A DNA stretch of 62,670 bases, filler included, from Vannella sp. (taxonomy: Eukaryota), in assembly GCA_023345925.1 (NCBI GenBank). It is 6 parts of 6 records of this genome, joined end to end, with 100 filler letters (N's around TTAATTAATTAA, not from the genome) between each part and the next. Parts side by side here need not be neighbours in the genome. Positions count along the whole stretch, not along the records: positions 31,458 to 37,256 come from JAJQQN010001345.1; positions 37,357 to 55,908 come from JAJQQN010001062.1; 4 more parts are not named here. One strand, given 5' to 3'. Position numbers and translations under genes: made by a program. Under the pieces are notes generated by a model. The model searched no databases, was not told the origin of the DNA, and was given only the letters and a program-made list of their open reading frames with translations. This document shows, one piece after another, positions 35,201 to 43,281 of the stretch (position 1 is its first letter; every line of letters begins with the position of its first letter).

Positions 35201-36868
35201 ATGGACCAGCCTTTGATCCCTTCCCTTGAGGAGAAGAAGAAGAAGAAGGTGAACAGGAAGAAGAAGAACAAGCCTCTTTGCTCCTCGGATGGACGTGTTA
35301 TTCCTTCCATTGCAGTGCGAAGAGCAGAAGGGGAACGAGGCCGCTATCTGGTAGCCACACAACCGATCGGTGCTGGCTCAGTCATCTTCTGTGAACCTGC
35401 ATTGGCTTGGACGCCTTTTCCTCATACAAGCACCAGTCTCTGCTCCTTTTGTGGGACATCAGGAGACTTCAGCTCGTCCTCCTGCCAAGAATGCCAGTCC
35501 GTCGCTTACTGCTCCCCCTCTTGTCGCCAAAAGGACGCTGCGCTCCACTCCAAGGCATGCCCCTTCCTTCTTCAAGTAGATGGTGTGGCTGGAAGGTGCG
35601 ATGTCGATCCCACACTCCTCCGAGCAACGATCCTGCTGATCTCCTCCAGCCAACTCACTTCCGAAGAGAACCAAGAGAGGGAAGCAGGGCGGGTCAAAGG
35701 AGAGTATGACCTTGATCGAGCAACGTGGGATGAGTTCCTTCTCTTAGGATTCCACTCGCCCACACCAGAGCAGCCCAATCTGGGATTGGAGCCCGCATGG
35801 AAAGAAGTCGTTGGGAAAGCCTTGGCAGAGCTGTACAGCCTTTCAGGGACCAAGATAGTGGCAAAGTACGTGCAAATCGCCCAACGGTTCTTGGAGAACA
35901 CCCACGCAATGGAAGATGTTGAAGGAGAGAACCAATTGGAGGGATTGGGGATGTTCCCGCGGGTCTCTTTAATCAACCACTCTTGTGCCCCATCCTGTTG
36001 TCTTTCCCGCCTAGGAGATAGCATTTCAGTTCGTACACTACGAGATCACTCACCGGGAGAGGAATTGACTATTACCTATTCTGATTTGTATCTTTCCACA
36101 TCAGAGCGGCAACGCCAGTTATTAGAGAGTCGCTTCTTCTTATGCCAATGCCCTCGTTGTGTTTCTAATGAAAAGGACTCTCTCCTCCAAGGTGTTCTCT
36201 GCACCAGGTGCAGTCCCCAAGTCAAATTGCCTTTTCTCGAAGTCCCATTGCGTTCACTCCCTTCTAATTGGTTAGAATCACTTCCAACGGCGTTACTCTA
36301 TCCTAAGGATGGGCAGTCTGTGCCACAGTGCTCTGCATGTGGGCGACCGCAAACTGAAAAGGAAAAGGCAGATTTGAGTGAATGGATAATCCAGACTCGT
36401 GAGCAGGTGAAGCGCGCCTCCTATATGTGGAGCTCAAGGCAGTATTCAGATGCGGGAGGAAAGGCTCTTAAGATACTCAAAGAGAGCGTGAACAAGATCC
36501 ACCCTTTCCATGAGGTGCTTTTTAACCTTTATCCGCTTCTCATGAACTTCTCTCGCTTCTCAAAGAACGAAGAAGGCTCTATCATATGGTGCCGTGTAAT
36601 CATCGCAGCAATGGAGCAATCAGGGGCCTTCCCGGCCGTATATCCAGAAGTGTCTAACTACTATTACTATCTGGGAGAGCTCTACACAGCCGCTGGGACT
36701 AACCAAGCCACCCCAACAGGTCCAGACTCACAAACATTAACCCAAAACGCTACTTCTTACGCTAAACAAGCCCAAGAAGCCTTCCGAAAGGCCGAAAGCA
36801 TCCGAATCATCTGCCAAGGCCCAACTCACCCTTCCACCCTCGCAGCCCGTGAAAATCATTCGCAATGA
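35201..36868 (+). CDS. SMYD-family SET and MYND domain lysine methyltransferase, intronless
   Basis: Split SET GRYLVAT..I..G; MYND C..C...C..C...YCS..C; INHSCAP; EELTITY; post-SET FLCQCPRC; TPR-like C-terminus. Confidence 0.92.
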   Translation: MDQPLIPSLEEKKKKKVNRKKKNKPLCSSDGRVIPSIAVRRAEGERGRYLVATQPIGAGSVIFCEPALAWTPFPHTSTSLCSFCGTSGDFSSSSCQECQSVAYCSPSCRQKDAALHSKACPFLLQVDGVAGRCDVDPTLLRATILLISSSQLTSEENQEREAGRVKGEYDLDRATWDEFLLLGFHSPTPEQPNLGLEPAWKEVVGKALAELYSLSGTKIVAKYVQIAQRFLENTHAMEDVEGENQLEGLGMFPRVSLINHSCAPSCCLSRLGDSISVRTLRDHSPGEELTITYSDLYLSTSERQRQLLESRFFLCQCPRCVSNEKDSLLQGVLCTRCSPQVKLPFLEVPLRSLPSNWLESLPTALLYPKDGQSVPQCSACGRPQTEKEKADLSEWIIQTREQVKRASYMWSSRQYSDAGGKALKILKESVNKIHPFHEVLFNLYPLLMNFSRFSKNEEGSIIWCRVIIAAMEQSGAFPAVYPEVSNYYYYLGELYTAAGTNQATPTGPDSQTLTQNATSYAKQAQEAFRKAESIRIICQGPTHPSTLAARENHSQ

Positions 36869-36921
36869 ATATAGTGAAGTGATTGGGAGGAATGGGAAGT
36901 CATTTGAAGGTCATTTGAAGG

Positions 36922-37256
36922 ATGTTCTACGCTGCTGGTTGGGACGGAGGAGAGGAAGTGGACGATTGGGAGACTGACACGGACGCCATCAACACGGAGA
37001 CGATTACTTCGGGTAAATCGGCGGTAGAGGTACTCGGTACTGTTACTACAGCTGCGGAAGCGGCAAAGGTACGAAGATGGACCCATCTTTCGGTGGTCAA
37101 CTGAGAGGGAAGGGGAGTTGGTGAGAGAGCAGGCAGAGAATGCGCCAGCTTACAGGAGAGAAGGAAACGCGGAGAAGAATGACGGTCCTTTCGTGCGTGT
37201 GGGATGGAACAATCGCGATCCCTTGCTAACCTTCCTCCAGAACCGCGGACCTGACA
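36922..37256 (+). CDS. 5' part of a gene with a cortactin/HS1-like acidic DDWETD motif, truncated by contig end
   Basis: MFYAAGWDGGEEVDDWETDTDAIN; GT donor at about 37068. Confidence 0.5.
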
Positions 37257-37356
37257 NNNNNNNNNNNNNNNNNNNNNNNNNNNNNNNNNNNNNNNNNNNN
37301 TTAATTAATTAANNNNNNNNNNNNNNNNNNNNNNNNNNNNNNNNNNNNNNNNNNNN
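37257..37356. other. Artificial contig linker
   Basis: Ns flanking TTAATTAATTAA. Confidence 0.97.
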
Positions 37357-37385
37357 TGCGGCTCATTTTTTTTTGAGAGCCATCG

Positions 37386-39251
37386 ATGGCTTCTGCGTTC
37401 GGCTGGACTTATGAACCAAGCACTGAAGGATACCGTGCTGGGGATACTCAAACGATGACCTACTCAGCACCACCTCCTGCTATGCCATTCAACCCTGTTC
37501 CTCCTCGTACTTCGCAGTTCCCTGACATCGGCGATCAATACGGCAGCCACAACCTCACCTTTGGACAAAATGAGTGGAGGCCAAACACTCATCAAGATAA
37601 CGGTGGGCACGCACTAGGAGATGCGATGATGAGTGGCTCTGAGTGGAGTGATGAGCCGGACACTTTCTCTTCTTTCCTCTCAGACGCCGCCCCCCCGTCT
37701 TATCCTTCCCTGAACAATGACTTTCAAGCTCGCCAAGCTGGTCGCTTTGGAACGTTCCACCGCTCCTCTACCTCTCCGTCGCTCTTTCTTCGTTCCACCT
37801 TCAGCCAGATCCCTACCTCTGTGGCTCCAGTTCCAGTCGCAGAATCCCCTCGAATGAGGTTTGTTAGATCTCACAGTGGCACGCAGATTCGTCCAGAACC
37901 GCCCACGGTCACCCGAACGACCTCCTACGGACTGATCCCCACCTACTCCCGTCCAGAGAAGCGTGCGCCTTACGACCAAGGGCCCCAAAGAACCATCCAA
38001 AAGTCCTCGCCCGCTAACTCTCCTGGAGGATCTCCCACTCCCCTCCGGCAAGTGCAACGTTCCCAAACGGTTCCGGTCTCCTTGCTGAGTCAAGTGGAGA
38101 ACGCAGGGGCTCCCAAGAAAGGAAGGAAACGAAGCAAAGCAGCTGAGTCTCCTCTCACTGTGAAGGAGGGAGGCCCCCTCGAGTTCTACCTCCGCCTGGC
38201 GCGCCACGGGGAGTTCTGGTGCACCAAGTGTCAGCTCGGCCAGCTACTTGCACTCAACATCTCCATCACCTTCTACTGTATTCAAGATGGTGATGCTCCG
38301 TTCTGGCGCACAGTTCCGTGCCACTTCCAGCTGGCAAACGAGAAGCAGAAGGAGGGAACCCCCGACATGGAAGAGCACTTTCTACGCGTGGCAGGGTTTC
38401 AGGACGATCTTGAAGTTCAAATGAGCTCTACAACTCGCAGAAACCGGTACATGAGGATCAGTATCAGTGGGGTTACACCAGGGCAGTATGTTCTCGGCCC
38501 TGGGTCACAAACAGGACGACAAGCGATCCAGACTGTAGTGTGTGTTGTCAAGGCACAATGCCACAAATGCTGCTTGCCCTTGGACATCGAGTACACTATG
38601 AAGCGTGCAGTATCCATCCCAAAGAAGAGTCTGCAGTCTCCTTCGACAGACAACCTCTTTCATGCTGTTGAGCCTCCCATCTCCAGATTCTGCTTGCCAT
38701 CACACCAGAGTGCGTGTGAGAAGGAGGTGTCCAGTCTCTTCCTACTAGACCAAGCCCTTTCCCACGAGCAGTTCATTGCCCGATGGGAGACTTCTCCATT
38801 GTCTATGTCATCGTCCTCCTCACCCTCTGACTCGGGCACACGCTTTGTGGGAAGTGGAGCCTTTCCAGCAGGGTATCTTTGGGACTGCATGGTCCAGTTG
38901 TGTTTGGTTTCAGACGGCAGAGTGGACCGACGGGCCTTCACCCTCTATTACGAAGCTTTGAGGCCTTTCGGAGAAGGAATAGCCCAAATGAGACAAATGG
39001 CGGACTTGTTCCCTCTGCACACTCTCGGGTTCAGCGAAACATTCCGAATGCTGAAGTTGACTTGCATCCGCTCTCATGATGCGGTCCTCATCCGCAGCCT
39101 TCCAGCAGGGGGCTATGCGATGGTCAAGAACGTGGCTGAGCATCACATCGAATGCACTTATGACTCCACCTTCCCCTCCCTCAAATCCCTTCTGTTGGAC
39201 TACCTTTCCTCCACCTCACAAGATATCTGCCGGAGGTGCGCTGCCCTGTAA
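37386..39251 (+). CDS. Uncharacterised 621-aa protein; candidate nuclear or transcription factor
   Basis: Long intact ORF; low-complexity N-terminus, basic KKGRKRSK, Cys-containing beta-rich middle and globular C-terminus. Confidence 0.7.
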   Translation: MASAFGWTYEPSTEGYRAGDTQTMTYSAPPPAMPFNPVPPRTSQFPDIGDQYGSHNLTFGQNEWRPNTHQDNGGHALGDAMMSGSEWSDEPDTFSSFLSDAAPPSYPSLNNDFQARQAGRFGTFHRSSTSPSLFLRSTFSQIPTSVAPVPVAESPRMRFVRSHSGTQIRPEPPTVTRTTSYGLIPTYSRPEKRAPYDQGPQRTIQKSSPANSPGGSPTPLRQVQRSQTVPVSLLSQVENAGAPKKGRKRSKAAESPLTVKEGGPLEFYLRLARHGEFWCTKCQLGQLLALNISITFYCIQDGDAPFWRTVPCHFQLANEKQKEGTPDMEEHFLRVAGFQDDLEVQMSSTTRRNRYMRISISGVTPGQYVLGPGSQTGRQAIQTVVCVVKAQCHKCCLPLDIEYTMKRAVSIPKKSLQSPSTDNLFHAVEPPISRFCLPSHQSACEKEVSSLFLLDQALSHEQFIARWETSPLSMSSSSSPSDSGTRFVGSGAFPAGYLWDCMVQLCLVSDGRVDRRAFTLYYEALRPFGEGIAQMRQMADLFPLHTLGFSETFRMLKLTCIRSHDAVLIRSLPAGGYAMVKNVAEHHIECTYDSTFPSLKSLLLDYLSSTSQDICRRCAAL

Positions 39252-39397
39252 CATTGTACTCAATTAAATGCGTTTGTTTTCACTTTCAGTTGCCGTTGAT
39301 GAGCGGACCAGAGCATTCTAGCAGGTCCAGGGTCACCTGAAGCGAGTGACATTCTCGAGGTTCAAGCTGCGAGGGAAGTCATTCTCAAAGTTTCGGG

Positions 39398-39955
39398 TTA
39401 TTCTAAGGTAGCAAGGAGCCCTTCCAGATTCCATTCGATTGATGGGCAACCAGGGGCGTCAATAAACTCCCATGTGAGCCCAGTGTTGGTCGGAACACCG
39501 CTCATAGCTTCCTCCTCTCCACCAGCCTCGCACCACAAGACGGACAAGTAGCCAGTTACAGCAGATCCTTTCAATTCAAAGAGCCAAAGCTTGTAAGAGG
39601 GAGCTACCTCTACTATGCTTTGATAGTCCGGGGACTTTCCTGTTGTCAGCTTCTTCCGAGGACACAGCTTTGTCACCATCAAAGAGCTCCCATCCGTATT
39701 GGTCAGAGTAGTTTTTGCACGAGTCTGATTCCAACGCCACGTTATACCACCAGGGATCTCTTTAACAAGCAGTCGCCGAGAGAAGGAAGTCACCGCGCCC
39801 TGTTGCCAACTCGACGCAGTGACTGGAGTGGGTGATGCACTCCGCCCTGACCAATGTTCCTCATGCTTCTCCAACTCCTCCACCGCCTTCCGAAAGTCAC
39901 GGGGCAAGGGACGGTTCCCGTGATACACCCAAAGGGGCCGCATAAAATGGACCAA
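39398..39955 (-). CDS. Uncharacterised 185-aa Trp-rich protein
   Basis: ATG-initiated intact ORF filling the space between neighbouring genes; motif-like WRWNQT, KLCPRKK, YKLWLFEL and VLWCE. Confidence 0.6.
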   Translation of the reverse strand: MVHFMRPLWVYHGNRPLPRDFRKAVEELEKHEEHWSGRSASPTPVTASSWQQGAVTSFSRRLLVKEIPGGITWRWNQTRAKTTLTNTDGSSLMVTKLCPRKKLTTGKSPDYQSIVEVAPSYKLWLFELKGSAVTGYLSVLWCEAGGEEEAMSGVPTNTGLTWEFIDAPGCPSIEWNLEGLLATLE

Positions 39956-40027
39956 GAATCGCCGATCATCAGTCCGATTCCAGATCTATTCTTGTAATTG
40001 ATATTTATAGACAAAGGCTGTTCCTCG

Positions 40028-41497
40028 TCAATCGGCCATGCGATCGAAAAGGTAGTAGTCGGGTTGATTGGCATCAATGATTTGAGGATCAGAGGCCACG
40101 GAGTTGAGGAAGGCGGTGGTGGGGGTGAGGGGTTCGTCGCCGTACGAGTTAGAGGGGCTGTACCAGTCCATGGAACCAATGTGAGGGGATGCGAGGTCCA
40201 TCATTAGAGATGAAGGAGGGTGGTGCACCAGTGCATCAGGGTGAAAGTGGCAGATCTCTTGGTAGAAGAGCTCTTGGAAAGACTCTTTCGTATTCTGCCA
40301 TTGCTCAAAGTCAAAGGAGAAGATCTCTTCCGCCAGTTCCTCGCTCTCTTCATCACGCACTGACTCAAAGTAGGGATGGTTGAGGGCCTCGTCGACATTG
40401 CATCGTCGGTTTGGGTTGAACTCGAGCAAACGATCGAGGAGGTCACACAGGACAGGTGATGCATTGGGAATGAGTTGTCCCCAAGGGATCTTTGGTTTGT
40501 GGCCCATGTTACGGAGAAACTGGCGCGCATTCTCCGAGGTCAGCATTTCGATGTCTTCTGGCAAAGCAGAGCCAAGGATGTCCGTGATCCTCTCGATTTG
40601 GTTGATGTAGTGCTTACCTTGGAAGACTGGAGACCCCACGTACATCTCTGCAAGGATGCAGCCCACCGACCAGATGTCTATCTTTTGGGAGTAACCTCGC
40701 CATGCCAGGATGATCTCAGGTGCTCGGTACCAGCGGGTCGTCACATACTCGGTTAGGTCATCGCATTGCTGACGTACTCGAGCCAAGCCAAAGTCAGCGA
40801 GCTTGATAGTGCAGTCCTCGTTGCAGAGAATGTTGGAAGGTTTGATATCGCGGTGGAGGACGTTCGCAGAGTGGATGTATCTCACAGCGCACAGCATTTG
40901 GTATACAAAGTACTGGATGTGTTGCTCTGACAGGGCCTGCTTGGACTTGAGAATCACCTCGAGATCGGTATCCATCAATTCAGTCACAATGTACCTGAGT
41001 CCAGAGTTGGTGAGTATCATTGAAGAGAGGGAAGGGTTGCTTGGCTCACAAGTCTTCAAAGTCTGCAGGGGAGGGCGGTTTGAAGAGGTCCACAATGGAG
41101 AGGACCTGTTAAGGGGTGGTGAGATGCCGTGGAGGCTCAAGAGCAGTACGAACCGTATCGTTATTAAAGTGCCGAAGTAGCTTGACCTCTCGAAGGAGGC
41201 GTTTGGTGTTCTCGAGGTTTTGAAATATCCCGCTAACCTTCTTGATAGCCACCTTAGCCCCTGTTGGCTTGTGGATCGCAGAACTATCACCAAAAGGTCA
41301 AACCCTTCCCCTATCGCAACCCTCCTAACACACCAAACAACACCGAAAGCACCACGGTTAACATATTCGAGTGGCTGATAGTCCTCGGGGATGTCGAACC
41401 TCACACCCCCGATCAGGTACGAATGCACCCCCGGTATGGAGTTGGTAAGCGCCGACATCCCACAACTCCCCGGCGAGGGAACGTTCTCATGCATCAT
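40028..41497 (-). CDS. Mitogen-activated protein kinase (TEY activation loop), multi-exon
   Basis: GAFGVV, VAIKK, YIVTELMDTDL, HSANVLHRDIKPSN, DFGLAR and LTEYVTTRWYRAPE; introns interrupt the N-lobe. Confidence 0.96.
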   Translation of the reverse strand: MMHENVPSPGSCGMSALTNSIPGVHSYLIGGVRFDIPEDYQPLEYVNRGAFGVVWCVRRVAIGEGFDLLVIVLRSTSQQGLRWLSRRLAGYFKTSRTPNASFERSSYFGTLITIRFVLLLSLHGISPPLNRSSPLWTSSNRPPLQTLKTCEPSNPSLSSMILTNSGLRYIVTELMDTDLEVILKSKQALSEQHIQYFVYQMLCAVRYIHSANVLHRDIKPSNILCNEDCTIKLADFGLARVRQQCDDLTEYVTTRWYRAPEIILAWRGYSQKIDIWSVGCILAEMYVGSPVFQGKHYINQIERITDILGSALPEDIEMLTSENARQFLRNMGHKPKIPWGQLIPNASPVLCDLLDRLLEFNPNRRCNVDEALNHPYFESVRDEESEELAEEIFSFDFEQWQNTKESFQELFYQEICHFHPDALVHHPPSSLMMDLASPHIGSMDWYSPSNSYGDEPLTPTTAFLNSVASDPQIIDANQPDYYLFDRMAD

Positions 41498-41645
41498 CGC
41501 TCCTCACCTGTGCAGCGCCCCAAATAATGAATCAAAGTTGCGCCCTCCAAGTTGGGGTAATCCCTTTCATCCTCAAATCAATTCATTATTGCAAAGGGAT
41601 TTCCGTTTTAAATCATTTTTTGGGAGCCTGGTGGCAAGGAAGGTC

Positions 41646-43212
41646 ATGTCGGCTTTGATTATGGACTACTTGAAGGTTCTTCCTGCGGAGGACCTTGATC
41701 AGTTGTATCAAAGTGTTTGGGCGTGTCAGGCGGTGTTCAGGTGCGTGTGTAGGGGAGTGTTGGATGGAGTGGCTGAGAGGGTGAAGGTCCATCTTGCCTC
41801 TTGCAAAGCAGTACGTCATGCGGATGATCCTGACAGGGACAGAGGAGATACTGGAGCGTTTATTACAAAAGTGGATTAACTTGGAGGTTGATGGAGCTAA
41901 GCAGGCCCACAGCGAAGCCGTCAAGAGTCTCGGGGATCTCCGGATCTTCCTCCCCTTCATCCGGCTCGTTGGGAACAAGTACGATAGCCTCTTTCCAATG
42001 CACTGCATCCATTCAATCTAACAAGGATCCTAGAAAGCGAAAGTTCCTCACTCTCAACCCAATATTCCAACAACAGATGCTCCTGGCGATGGCTAATACA
42101 GAGTAAGGTGTCTCTGAAGTGTGTGAAGCGTAGAAAGGGAAGCTAACATGTCCCTGACAGCTCGTGTCCTTTTGGCGTGAGCGATCTACCCCCGGACAAG
42201 AAGCCTCCTCCCATCGATGATCTCCATAACTTCAGCAGGCGGCAGTGGGAGTCCATTCTGCTTCTCATGTTCTCTGGTTTGAGTAAGATGGACTGTACAG
42301 GGGTGCCTGAAGTGTTGGAATTGTACCAGCAAGTGGGTTTGATGAGGAATGATCCTGTTGACGGCCTTGCCATCACCCCTGAAGGCTACCAATATCTTCT
42401 TCAGGACCCCTTTTCTCAAATCTGGAATCTTCTATTGGCCTACCTCAATCGGCATGCCGAGGAGCGAACAGAGTTACTGACTTTTCTCTTTCAACTCTCT
42501 TTCCTCCGTGTGGGTGAGGACTATGCTGTTTCTGCGTTGAGCCCTGTGCAAGAAAACTTCGTTAAGCTCCTCTCAGAGTTCGGATTGATCTTTAAGGCCA
42601 CTGTAAGGAGCTTATCTCTGTCGCAGACGGGCCAATTTCTCTTGCTAACTCCATTCGGAAATGCAGAGAGGTTCAAGGAGGTTCTATCCAACTCTTTTAG
42701 CGATTAATTTGATCTCTGGAAAGGTTACGATGAAGAGGGAAGGCTTCATTGTAGCTGAGACCAACTTGAAGGTGTATGCTTATTGCAGTTCTCTCCTTTC
42801 CATCCGCATTCTGGACCTTTTCGTTGAACTTTCTGTCCGTGTACCCAACATGGTCATCGGTAGAGTATCTCAAGTCAAAACGCACTCTGCGTTTGCTCGT
42901 GGCATCAAAGCGGAGCAGATCATTGCCTATTTGGAGCAGAACGCTCATCCAGAAACCAAAAAGATGGATTTTGCTGTTCCAGAAACGTTTGTTCATCAAC
43001 TAAGGCTTTGGGAAGGCGAAGAGCAAGCTATCTTCCCCACTGCCGGGACACTATTTGATGCTTTCTCCTCTATTGAGCAATACCAAGCTGCCCGGAACCA
43101 CGCCTCTGACCTCAAGGCTCTGTTGTGGTCGAATGAGGAGAACAGAGTCTTTTTTGTATCCCAAGGCCACGAACATCTGGTGGACGCATTCCTCTCCGAA
43201 AGCCCGCAATAA
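41646..43212 (+). CDS. GTF2H4: TFIIH subunit p52/Tfb2, multi-exon
   Basis: LYQSVWACQAVFR, LPPLAK-like LPLAKQYVMR, ITPEGYQYLLQD..QIW, FYPT.LA, GFIVAETNLKVYAY, AFARGIKAEQIIAYL..NAHP and QLRLWE.E. Confidence 0.95.
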
Positions 43213-43281
43213 ATCTCTAAAATGATCGGTTTATCTCCTTCGGAGAGACTGTATTTGAAACTGGAGAACCTGGTTGCCCGT

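Noticed and set aside
40028..41497. MAPK with an apparently aberrant N-lobe in the ORF track
   Set aside because: The odd segments are short introns read through in frame; the spliced product has normal VAIKK and alpha-C motifs.
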